DNA from: Anaeramoeba ignava BMAN
Taxonomy: Eukaryota > Protista > Anaeramoebae
Reading direction: 5' to 3'
Assembly: GCA_028826165.1 (NCBI GenBank)
Contig: JAPDFW010000130.1
Coordinates: forward strand, 79,638-143,637
Length of the DNA: 64,000 bases
Both the position numbers and the translations under genes were made by a program. The notes under the pieces were generated by a model that saw only the letters and a program-made list of their open reading frames with translations, had not been told where the DNA came from and made no database searches. Shown piece by piece: positions 53,061 to 64,000 of this stretch; position 1 is the stretch's first letter, and every line of letters starts with the position of its first letter.

Positions 53061-53425
53061 AATTAAAATCAAAATTAAAATTAAAATTAAAATTAAAATT
53101 AAAATTAAAATTAAAATTAAAATTTAAAAAATTAAATTTAAAATTAAAATTAAAATTAAAATTAAAATTAAAATTAAAATTAAAATTTAAAATTAAAATT
53201 AAAATTAAAATTAAAATTAAAATTAAAATTAAAATTAAAATTAAAATTAAAATTAAAATTAAAATTAAAATTAAAATTAAAATTAAAATTAAAATTAAAA
53301 TTAAAATTAAAATTAAAATTAAAATTAAAATTAAAATCAAAATTAAAATCAAAAATCAAAATTAAAATTAAAATTAAAATTCAAAATTAAAATTAAAATT
53401 AAAATTAAAATTAAAATTAAAATTC
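53055..53425. repeat. (aaaatt)n microsatellite spacer (similar tracts at ~55285..55500 and ~61980..62100)
   Basis: Hexamer arrays between RCC1-BTB paralogues. Confidence 0.88.
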
Positions 53426-53460
53426 CAAAAATTATTTTTTTCATTTTTTTCTTTTCAAAA

Positions 53461-55292
53461 ATGAATGATTGTTTATTTTTTGGTGAAAATGAATATCAAA
53501 CTCTTATCAAAAATGAACCAGAAAAAATAATAAAACCAATTCAATTTAAATTTGAAAATGAAAATGAAAATGAAAATGAAAATGAAAATGAAAATGAAAA
53601 TGAAAAACAAATTAAACAAATTTCATCAGGTTATTTTTCAACAATTTTCCTTTTTAAAAATGGAAAAGCAATAGAATATTTAAATGAAAATGATTCAAAT
53701 CAAAATCCCTCAAAAAATCCAAATTGAAGAAAATATTCAAAAAGTAACTTTTGGTTGTCGAAATGGAGCTATTTTAACAACAGAAGGAAATGTATTTGCC
53801 AAAGGAAAAAATATTAATCAAAATAATCCAAAAGAATTTATCAATATTTCATCATTAATTGAAGATAAAAATGATAGAATAATTCAAGATATTGTTTCTG
53901 GAGTTAGTTCAATTTACTTATTAACTTCAAATCAAAATGTTTATGGAATTGGTGGTAATTATTCTTCTCAACTTGGTTTTGATTCTAAAACACTTGAAAT
54001 AACAGAAAAACCAATTTTAATGATGAAAAATGTTTCTAAAATATTTTCAGGAACTGATTCATATCATGTTTTTCTTTTAAATTCAAATCAAGAATTATTT
54101 GTATGCGGGAATAACAATTCAGGTCAAGTTGGATTAGGAGAATCAAGAAAATATGAAACAAAAATCCATAAATTAACCAAAATCCAAAATATTCCAAAAG
54201 GCAAAATAATTGATATTCAATGTGGAATTTCTAATTCAGTAATGTTGATTGAAAATTGAAAATGAAAATGCAAAAAGAAAACTTTATTCATGTGGATATT
54301 ATGAATATAATGGACTTGGCAAAGATGAAAATACCTATGAATTTACTGAAATCAAATCATCTTTATTTGAAAATGATGATTATATTCTTGAAATTTCTTG
54401 TGGTGCAGGTCATACTTTGATTTTAACTTCTAATTCAAAATTAATTGGATTTGGAAATAATTCTTTTGGCCAATTAGGAACTGGATATACAAAAGATAAA
54501 ATTCCATTTCAAATTGAACTTCCTAAATTAAGATTTAATGAAGATATTTACAATTATCATCTTTCTTGTGGTGAAAACAATTCATTTCTTTATTATTCTC
54601 CTTTTTCTTTTTCCAATCTTGAAGAAGATTTGATAAAACTATTTAGAAGAAAAGAATTTTGTGATATCTCATTTAAAACAGAAAATGGAGAAATAATTGA
54701 AGCTCATAAATTAATATTAAAATATAGATTAAATCAAAATGAAAATCAAAATCAAAATCAAAATCAAAATCAAAATCAAAATCAAATTGAAAAACTTAAA
54801 GAAATTATTTCAAAAAAATCAATTAAAGAATCAAATCAAATATTTGAAATGATTTATTCAAACAGAATAATTAATCCAATATTATATTCAGAAATTAAAG
54901 AAATTATAAATTCAAATGAAAAAATTGAAGAAACAATTAAAAGAATTTATTTAAATGAAAATGAAAATGGAAAAGATTTTATAATTGAAAGAAAAGAAAA
55001 CCAATATAAATTTCCTAAATTAATATTAATAATGAGAAGTGAATTATATCGAGGAATGTTTTTATCTGTAACAAATGATACTTCTAATAAAGTTACAGAT
55101 TATAGTGAATTAAGTAATAAATCATTTCAAATATTAGAATATTGGATTTATTCAAATCAAATTAAAGATGATATTCAAATTACACAAGAAATCATAGATG
55201 AAATTGAAATTGGAATTGATTATTTTCAATTAAATCAAACAAATCCAAATTTATTTGATTTATTAATTAATAAATTTAATAATCAAAATTAA
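53461..55292 (+). CDS. RCC1-repeat + tandem BTB protein B (frameshifts at ~53708 and ~54254)
   Basis: Three overlapping ORFs colinear with intact paralogues E and F. Confidence 0.8.
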
Positions 55293-55608
55293 AATTAAAA
55301 TTAAAATTAAAATCAAAATTAAAATTAAAATTAAAATTAAAATTAAAATTAAAATTAAAATTAAAATTAAAATTAAAATTAAAATTAAAATTAAAATTAA
55401 AAATTAAAATTAAAATTAAAATTAAAATTAAAATTAAAATTAAAATTAAAATTAAAATCAAAATTAAAATTCAAATTAAAATTAAAATTAAAATTAAAAT
55501 TAACCATCCAAATTAACCATCAAATTTCAGATCAATTTAAATTCAAAATTATCCATCATGAAAAAAAAAATTATTTTTTCATTTTTTTCATTTTTTTTCT
55601 TTTCAAAA

Positions 55609-57460
55609 ATGAATGAAATTTTATTTTTTGGTGAAAATGAATATCAAACTCTTATCAAAAATGAACAAGAAAAAATAACAAAACCAATTCAATTTAAATT
55701 TGAAAATGAATATCAAACTCTTATCAAAAACGAACCAAATGAAATAACAAAACCCATTCAATTTAAATTTGAAAATGAAAATGAAAATGAAAATGAAAAT
55801 GAAAATGAAAAACAAATTAAACAAATTTCATCAGGTTATTTTTCAACAATTTTCCTTTTTGAAAATGGAAAAGCAATAGAATATTTAAGAGAAGAATATC
55901 CAAATCAAAATCCTTCAAAAATCCAAATTGAAGAAAATATTCAAAAAGTAACTTTTGGTTGTCGAAATGGAGCTATTTTAACAAAAGAAGGAAATGTATT
56001 TGCCAAAGGAATAAATATTAATCCAAATAATCCAAAAGAATTTATCAATATTTCATCATTAATTGAAGATATAAATGATAGAATAATTGAAGATATTGTT
56101 TCTGGAGTTAGTTCAATTTATTTATTAACTTCAAATCAAAATGTTTATGGAATTGGTTCAAATGAATATGGTCAACTTGGTTTTGATTCTGAAACACTTA
56201 AAAAAACAGAAAAACCAATGCTAATGATGAAAAATGTTTCTAAAATATTTTCAGGAACTGATTCAAATCATGTTTTTCTTTTAAATTCAAATCAAGAATT
56301 ATTTGGATGCGGGAATAACAATTCAGGTCAACTTGGATTAGGAGAATCAAGAAAACAAGAAACAAAAATCCGAAAATTAACCAAAATCCAAAATATTCCA
56401 AAAGGCAAAATAATTGATATTCAATGTGGATTTTTTCATTCAGTAATGTTGATTGAAAATGAAAATGCAAAAAGAAAACTTTATTCATGTGGAAGCTATA
56501 GATATAATGGACTTGGCAAAGATGAAGAATATACCTATGAATTTACTGAAATCAAATCATCTTTATTTGAAAATAATGATAATATTCTTGAAATTTCTTG
56601 TGGTGCAGATCATACTTTGATTTTAACTTCCAATTCAAAATTAATTGGATTTGGAAACAATTATTATGGTCAATTAGGAACTGAAGATACAGGAAAAGAT
56701 CAATTAATTCCATTTCAAATTGAACTTCCTAAATTAAGATTTAATGAAGATATTTCCAATTATCATCTTTCTTGTGGAGAAAATAATTCATTTCTTTATT
56801 ATTCTCCTCTTTCTTTTTCCAATCTTGAAGAAGATTTGATAAAATTATTTAGAAGAAAAGAATTTTGTGATATTTCATTTAAAACAGAAAATGGAGAAAT
56901 AATTGAAGCTCATAAATTAATATTGAAATATAGATTAAATCAAAATCAAAATGAAATTGAAAAACTTAAAGAAATTATTTCAAAAATCAATTAAAGAATC
57001 AAATCAAATATTTGAAATGATTTATTCAAATAAAATAATAAATCCAAAATTATATTCTGAAATTAAAGAAATTATAAATTCAAATGAAAAAATTGAAGAA
57101 ACAATTAAAAGAATTTATTTAAATGAAAATGAAAAAGATTTTATAATTGAAAGAAAAGAAAAACAATATAAATTCCCTAAATTAATATTAATAATGAGAA
57201 GTGAATTATATCGAGGAATGTTTTTATCTGTTACTGAAGATACTTCAAATAAAGTTACAGATTATAGTGAATTAAGTAATAAATCATTTCAAATATTTGA
57301 ATATTGGATTTATTCAAATCAAATTAAAGATGGAATTAAAATTACACAAGAAATAATTAATGAACTAGAAACAGGAATTGATTATTTTCAATTAAATCAA
57401 ACAAATCCAAATTTATTTGATTTATTAATTAAGAAATTTAATAATCAAAATCAAAATTAA
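55609..57460 (+). CDS. RCC1-repeat + tandem BTB protein C (frameshift at ~56985; 23-aa N-terminal duplication)
   Basis: MNEILFFG start matches paralogues; two ORFs colinear with E and F. Confidence 0.82.
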
Positions 57461-57574
57461 AATCAAAATTAAAATTAAAATTAAAATTAAAATTAAAATT
57501 AAAATTAAAATTCAAAATTTAATATTTCATTTTTCATTTTTCATTTTTCATTTTCCATTTTCCATTTTTCAAAT

Positions 57575-58112
57575 ATGCAAACAAAAGAATTCTTTTTTGA
57601 TAAAGTATCTCCTTCTTCTTTTTTAAAATTTTATGCAAAAATCAAAAACAAACTCAAATTTTAATTTCCCATTTTCATAACAAAAAAATAACAAGAAAAA
57701 AATACCAGAAAATCTCATCATTTATGAAACTGAATATTCCATTTGTTTTATTTGTTTAAATCCAATCATTTCAGGTCAAGTTATTGTATCAAGTAAAAGA
57801 AAAATAGAAAGATTTGAAAAACTTGATTTAACAGAAGCAACAGATATTTGGATTTGCGCTTCAAAAATATCCAAAGTTTTACAAAAATATTTGGAATGCT
57901 CATCATTTACTTTTGCATTGAATGATGGACCTTATTCTAATCAATTATTTAAACATTCCCATTTGAATATCATTCCTCGAAAAGTAGATGATAAATTTTC
58001 AAAAAATAATGATGAACTTTATTCCCAACTTGAAAAATTCCAACCTGAAATAGATATTGAAGAAGCAGTAAAATTCGCTTCCATTTTCAAAAAAGTTTTG
58101 AATGAAATTTAA
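57575..58112 (+). CDS. FHIT-like histidine-triad protein (exons 57575-57604, 57696-58112)
   Basis: NPIISGQVIVSSKRKIERFEKL...SSFTFALNDGPYSNQLFKHSHLNIIPRK...NDELYSQLEK parallels the Fhit Ap3A hydrolase. Confidence 0.8.
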
Positions 58113-58205
58113 TTTTGTTTCTTCAATAAAACTTCAATAATAATCAAAATAAATCAAAAGAAAAGAGAAAATTTTGTTTCCTTTTTTTTCAATTCCAATT
58201 TCATT

Positions 58206-60043
58206 TTAAAATATTAAACATTTTTCTTTCTTTTTCTCTTTTAAATTTTGATTATTAAATTTGTTAATTAATAAATCAAATAAATTTGGATTTGTTTGAT
58301 TTAATTGAAAATAATCAATTCCAATTTGAATTTCATTAATTATTTCTTGTGTAATTTGAATTTCATTTTTAATTTGATTTGAATAAATCCAATATTCAAA
58401 TATTTGGAATGATTTATTACTTAATTCACTATAATCTGTAACTTTATTTGATTTATCTTTTGTTACAGATAAAAACATTCCTCGATATAATTCACTTCTC
58501 ATTATTAATATTAATTTTGGAAATTTATATTGTTTTTCTTTTCTTTCAATAATAAAATCTTTTTCATTTTCATTTTCATTTTCATTTAAATAAATTCTTT
58601 TCATTGTTTCTTCAATTTTTTCATTTGAATTTATAATTTCTTTAATTTCTAAATATAATTTTGGATTTATTATTTTATTTGAATAAATCATTTCAAATAT
58701 TTGATTTGATTCTTTAATTGATTTTTTTGAAATAATTTCTTTAAGTTTTTCAATTTCATTTTCATTTTCATTTAATCTATATTTCAATATTAATTTATGA
58801 GCTTCAATTATTTCTCCATTTTCTGTTTTAAATGAAATATCACAAAATTCTTTTCTTTCAAATAATTTTATCAAATCTTCTTCAAGATTGGAAAAAGAAG
58901 AAAGGAAAGGAGAATAATAAAGAAATGATCTGTCATCACTACAAGAAATATGATAATTGGAAATATCTTCATTAAATCTTAATTTAGGAAGTTTAATTTG
59001 AAATGGGATTAATTTATATTCTGTATCTCTTGTTCCTAATTGACCATATGAATTACTTCCAAATCCAATTAATTTTCCTTTTTCAGTTATAATCAAAATA
59101 TGTTTATTTCCAACAGAAAAATCAATAATATTATCATTATTTTCAAATAAAGATGATTTGATTTCAGTAAATTCATAAGTATCTTCATATTTACCAAGTC
59201 CATTTAATTGATAATTTCCACATGAATAAAGTTTTCTTTTTGGATTTTGATTTTGATTTTCATTTTCAATCAACATTATTGAATGAGAATCTCCACATTG
59301 AATATCAATTATTTTGCCTTTTGGAATATTTTGGATTTTGGTTAATTTTCGGATATATGCATCTTCTTTTCTTGATTTTCCTAATCCAAATTGACCAAAT
59401 TGATTATATCCACATCCAAATAATTCTTGATTTGAATTTAAAAGAAAAACAGAATAAGAAGAATTTCCTGAAAATATTTTAGAAATATTTTTCATTATTA
59501 AAATTGGTTTTTCTGTTTTTTCAAGTGTTTTAGAATCAAAACCAAGTTGAGAAGAATAGTTAGCACCAATTCCATAAGCATTTTGATTTGAAGTTAATAA
59601 GTAAATTGAATCAGATCCAGAAACAACATCTTGAATTATTCTATCATTTTTATCTTCAATTAATGATGAAATATTGATAAATTCATTTGGATTATTTAGA
59701 TTAATATCATATCCTTTGGCAAATACATTTCCTTCTATTGTTAAAATAGCTTCATTTCTATCACCAACAGTTACTTTTTGAATATTTTCTTCAATTTGGA
59801 TTTTATGAGGATTTTGTTTTGAATCATTTTGTTTTAAATATTCTATTGCTTTTCCATTTTTAAAAAGGAAAATTGTTGAATAATTTGAAGAAGAAATTTG
59901 CTTAATTTGTTTTTCATTTTCATTTTCATTTTCATTTTCATTTTCATTTTCAAATTTAAATTGAATTGGTTTTGTTATTTTTTCTGGTTCATTTTTGAAA
60001 GAATTGGATTTTTATTTAAACCAAAAAATAAAATTTCATTCAT
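58206..60043 (-). CDS. RCC1-repeat + tandem BTB protein D with CaaX end (frameshift at ~59999)
   Basis: ATG at 60043 (MNEILFFG); one base missing versus paralogue E; ends KEKKKEKCLIF. Confidence 0.82.
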
Positions 60044-60112
60044 TTTTGAAAAGAAAAAAAATGAAAATTTAAATTTAATTTTAATTTTGATTTCTTCAAA
60101 GTTATTTCTTGT

Positions 60113-61945
60113 TTAAAATATTAAACATTTTTCTTTCTTTTTCTCTTTTAAATTTTGATTATTAAATTTGTTAATTAATAAATCAAATAAATTTGGATTT
60201 GTTTGATTTAATTGAAAATAATCAATTCCAATTTTAATTTCATTAATTATTTCTTGTGTAATTTGAATTTCATTTTTAATTTGATTTGAATAAATCCAAT
60301 ATTCAAATATTTGAAATGATTTATTACTTAATTCACTATAATCTGTAACTTTATTAGAAGTATCTTTAGTTACAGATAAAAACATTCCTCGATATAATTC
60401 ACTTCTCATTATTAATATTAATTTAGGGAATTTATATTGTTTTTCTTTTCTTTCAATTATAAAATCTTTTTCATTTTCATTTTCATTTAAATAAATTCTT
60501 TTCATTGTTTCTTCAATTTTTTCATTTGAATTTATAATTTCTTTAATTTCAGAATATAATTTTGGATTTATTATTCTGTTTGAATAAATCATTTCAAATA
60601 TTTGATTTGATTCTTTAATTGATTTATTTGAAATAATTTCTTGAAGTTTTTCAATTTGATTTTGATTTTGATTTAATCTATATTTCAATATTAATTTATG
60701 AGCTTCAATTATTTCTCCATTTTTGGTTTTAAATGAAATATCACAAAATTCTTTTCTTTCAAATAATTTTATCAAATCTTCTTCAAGATTGGAAAAAGAA
60801 GAAAGAAAAGGAGAATAATAAAGAAATGAATTATAAAATCCACAAGAAATATGATAATTGGAAATATCTTCATTAAATCTTAATTTAGGAAGTTCAAGTT
60901 GGAATGGAATCAAACGATCATTTGTATCTCTTGTTCCTAATTCACCATAAGGATTATTTCCAAATACTATCATTTTTGAATTAGAAGTTAAAATCAAAGT
61001 ATGATAATCTCCAACAGATAAATCAAGAATATTATCATCATTTTCAAATAAAGATAATTTGATTTCAGTAAATTCATAAGTATCTTCATATTTGCCAAGT
61101 CCATTTAATTGATAATTTCCACATGAATAAAGTTTTCTTTTTGCATTTTCATTTTCATTTTCAATCAACATTATTGAATGAGAATTTCCACATTGAATAT
61201 CAATTATTTTACCTTTTGGAATATTTTGGATTTTGGTTAATTTTTGGATTTTTGTTTCATATTTTCTTGATTCTCCTAATCCAAGTTGACCGTATTGATT
61301 ATATGCGCATCCAAATAATTCTTGATTTGAATTTAAAATAAAAACATGAAGTGAACAATTTCCTGAAAATATTTTAGAAATATTTTTCATTATTAAAATT
61401 GGTTTTTCTGTTTTTGAAAGTATTTTAGAATCAAAACCAAGTTGGCCAGATTTATTTGAACCAATTCCATAAGCATTTTGATTTGAAGTTAATAAGTAAA
61501 TTGAACTGTGTCCAGAAACAATATCTTGAATTATTCTATCATTTGTATCTTCAATTAATGATGAAATATTGATAAATTCTTTTGGATTATTTGGATTAAT
61601 ATCATATCCTTTGGCAAATACATTTCCTTCTTTTGTTAAAATAGCTTCATTTCGATAACCAACAGATACTTTTTGAATATTTTCTTCAATTTGGATTTTT
61701 TCAGGATTTTGTTTTGAATCATTTTGTTTTAAATATTCTATTGCTTTTCCATTTTTAAAAAGGAAAATTGTTGAAAAATAACTTGATGAAATTTGTTTAA
61801 TTTGTTTTTCATTTTCATTTTCATTTTCATTTTCATTTTCATTTTCATTTTCAAATTTAAATTGAATTGGTTTTTTTATTTTTTCTGGTTCATTTTTGAT
61901 AAGAATTGGATTTTTATTTAAACCAAAAAATAAAATTTCATTCAT
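60113..61945 (-). CDS. RCC1-repeat + tandem BTB protein E with CaaX end (610 aa)
   Basis: Intact ORF with RCC1 blades, two BTB-like domains and a CLIF terminus. Confidence 0.92.
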   Translation of the reverse strand: MNEILFFGLNKNPILIKNEPEKIKKPIQFKFENENENENENENENEKQIKQISSSYFSTIFLFKNGKAIEYLKQNDSKQNPEKIQIEENIQKVSVGYRNEAILTKEGNVFAKGYDINPNNPKEFINISSLIEDTNDRIIQDIVSGHSSIYLLTSNQNAYGIGSNKSGQLGFDSKILSKTEKPILIMKNISKIFSGNCSLHVFILNSNQELFGCAYNQYGQLGLGESRKYETKIQKLTKIQNIPKGKIIDIQCGNSHSIMLIENENENAKRKLYSCGNYQLNGLGKYEDTYEFTEIKLSLFENDDNILDLSVGDYHTLILTSNSKMIVFGNNPYGELGTRDTNDRLIPFQLELPKLRFNEDISNYHISCGFYNSFLYYSPFLSSFSNLEEDLIKLFERKEFCDISFKTKNGEIIEAHKLILKYRLNQNQNQIEKLQEIISNKSIKESNQIFEMIYSNRIINPKLYSEIKEIINSNEKIEETMKRIYLNENENEKDFIIERKEKQYKFPKLILIMRSELYRGMFLSVTKDTSNKVTDYSELSNKSFQIFEYWIYSNQIKNEIQITQEIINEIKIGIDYFQLNQTNPNLFDLLINKFNNQNLKEKKKEKCLIF

Positions 61946-62125
61946 TTTTGAAAAGAAAAAAATGAAAAAAATGATTTTGGAATTTTAATTTTAATTTTAA
62001 TTTTAATTTTAAATTTAATTTTAATTTTTGATTTTAAATTTTAATTTTAATTTTAATTTTAATTTGAATTTTAATTTTAATTTTAATTTAATTTTAATTT
62101 TGATTTCTTCAAAGTTATTTCTTGT

Positions 62126-63922
62126 TTAAAATATTAAACATTTTTCTTTCTTTTTCTCTTTTGGATTTTGATTATTAAATTTTTTAATTAATAAATCAAA
62201 TAAATTTGGATTTGTTTGATTTAATTGAAAATAATCAATTCCAATTTGAATTTCATCAATTATTTCTTGTGTAATTTCAATTTCATCTTTAATTTGATTT
62301 GAATAAATCCAATATTCTAATATTTGAAATGATTTATTACTTAATTCACTATAATCTGTAACTTTATTAGATTTATCTTCAGTAACAGATAAAAACATTC
62401 CTCGATATAATTCACTTCTCATTATTAATATTAATTTAGGGAATTTATATTGTTTTTCTTTTCTTTCAATTATAAAATCTTTTTCATTTTCATTTAAATA
62501 AATTCTTTTCATTGTTTCTTCAATTTTTTCATTTGAATTTATAATTTCTTTAATTTCAGAATATAATTTTGGATTTATTATTTTATTTGAATAAATCATT
62601 TCAAATATTTGATTTGATTCTTTAATTGATTTATTTGAAATAATTTCTTGAAGTTTTTCAATTTGATTTTCATTTTGATTTAATCTATATTTCAATATTA
62701 ATTTATGAGCTTCAATTATCTCTCCATTTTTGGTTTTAAATGAAATATCACAAAATTCTTTTCTTTCAAATAATTTTATCAAATCTTCTTCAAGATTGGA
62801 AAAAGAAGAAAGGAAAGGAGAATAATAAAGAAATGAATTGTTTTCTCCACAAGAAATATGATAATTGGAAACATCTTCATTAAATCTTAATTTAGGAAGT
62901 TCAATTTGAAATGGAATATAGTGATATTTTCTATCTTCAATTCCTAATTGACCATAATCATTATTTGCAAATCCTATTAATTTTGAATTGGAAGTTAAAA
63001 TCAAAGTGTGTTTATTTCCAACAGATAAATCAATAATATTATCATTTTCAAATAAAGATGATTTGATTTCAGTAAATTCATAAGTATTTTGATTTTTGTC
63101 AAGTCCATTATATGAATAATCTCCACATGAATAAAGTTTTCTTTTTGGATTTTCTTTTTCATTTTCAATCAACATTATTGAATGAAATACTCCACATTGA
63201 ATATCAATTATTTTACCTTTTGGAATATTTTGGATTTTGGTTAATTTATGGATATATACATCTTCTTTTCTTGATTTTCCTAATCCAAGTTGACCAAATT
63301 TATTATATCCGCATCCAAATAATTCTTGATTTGAATTCAAAATAACAGAATAAGAAGAATTTCCTGAAAATATTTTAGAAATATTTTTCATCATTAAAAT
63401 AGGTTTTTCTGTTTTTTTAAGTGTTTCAGAATCAAAACCAAGTTGGCCAGATTTATTTGAACCAATCCCATAAGCATTTTGATTTGAAGTTAATAAGTAA
63501 ATTGAACTATGTCCAGAAACAATATCTTCAATTATTCTATCATTTATATCTTCAATTAATGATGAAATATTGATAAATTCTTTTGGATTATTTGGATTAA
63601 TATTTATTCCTTTGGCAAATACATTTCCTTCTTTTGTTAAAATAGCTTCATTTTGAAAACCAACAGTTACTTTTTGAATATTTTCTTCAATTTGGATTTT
63701 TTGAGGATTTTGATTTGGATCATTTTGTTTTAAATATTCTATTGCTTTTCCATTTTTGAAAAGGAAAATTGTTGAAAAATTTGAAGAAGAAATTTGTTTA
63801 ATTTGTTTTTCATTTTCATTTTCATTTTCAAATTTAAATTGAATTGGTTTTTTTATTGAATTTAGTTCATTTTTGATAAGTTTTGGATAATGATTATAAC
63901 CAAAAAATATAATTTCATTCAT
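62126..63922 (-). CDS. RCC1-repeat + tandem BTB protein F with CaaX end (598 aa)
   Basis: Intact ORF with the same architecture as E. Confidence 0.92.
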   Translation of the reverse strand: MNEIIFFGYNHYPKLIKNELNSIKKPIQFKFENENENEKQIKQISSSNFSTIFLFKNGKAIEYLKQNDPNQNPQKIQIEENIQKVTVGFQNEAILTKEGNVFAKGININPNNPKEFINISSLIEDINDRIIEDIVSGHSSIYLLTSNQNAYGIGSNKSGQLGFDSETLKKTEKPILMMKNISKIFSGNSSYSVILNSNQELFGCGYNKFGQLGLGKSRKEDVYIHKLTKIQNIPKGKIIDIQCGVFHSIMLIENEKENPKRKLYSCGDYSYNGLDKNQNTYEFTEIKSSLFENDNIIDLSVGNKHTLILTSNSKLIGFANNDYGQLGIEDRKYHYIPFQIELPKLRFNEDVSNYHISCGENNSFLYYSPFLSSFSNLEEDLIKLFERKEFCDISFKTKNGEIIEAHKLILKYRLNQNENQIEKLQEIISNKSIKESNQIFEMIYSNKIINPKLYSEIKEIINSNEKIEETMKRIYLNENEKDFIIERKEKQYKFPKLILIMRSELYRGMFLSVTEDKSNKVTDYSELSNKSFQILEYWIYSNQIKDEIEITQEIIDEIQIGIDYFQLNQTNPNLFDLLIKKFNNQNPKEKKKEKCLIF

Positions 63923-64000
63923 TTTTAAAAAGAAAAAAAATGAAAAAAAATAAATTTATGAAAATTTATTTGAAAAAAAATTATTTGTTCGAAATCAAAG

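Noticed and set aside
1-64000. tRNA/rRNA genes, telomeric repeats or an alternative genetic code
   Set aside because: None recognised; long ORFs terminate normally at TAA/TGA and conserved proteins read correctly in the standard code.

Overview
Very AT-rich eukaryotic (protist) DNA with short GT-AG introns, standard code and many satellites. The style resembles an Anaeramoeba-like anaerobic amoeba, which is an unverified inference. Contents: five paralogous intronless 10-EF-hand genes; a 27-exon ankyrin-repeat/tandem-BTB gene; a nested-repeat orphan protein; a BEACH/WD40 gene; HEATR5-like, TALE homeobox, myristoylated PAS, VPS26, LRR, Iwr1-like and FHIT-like genes; and six RCC1-BTB paralogues in two convergent clusters. 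The standout is the ankyrin-BTB gene (5303..9183), which the ORF track mostly misses. By manual reading, all 26 introns are phase 0, each ankyrin repeat has its own exon, and the variable beta-turn residues (D/N-x-x-G) are encoded by 13 microexons, 11 of them a single codon. Together with the hypervariable, mosaic RCC1-BTB array that shares the same BTB module, this suggests a diversified receptor/Cullin-3-adaptor system. All gene models are manual and lack transcript support. Eight small frameshifts are probably assembly errors.
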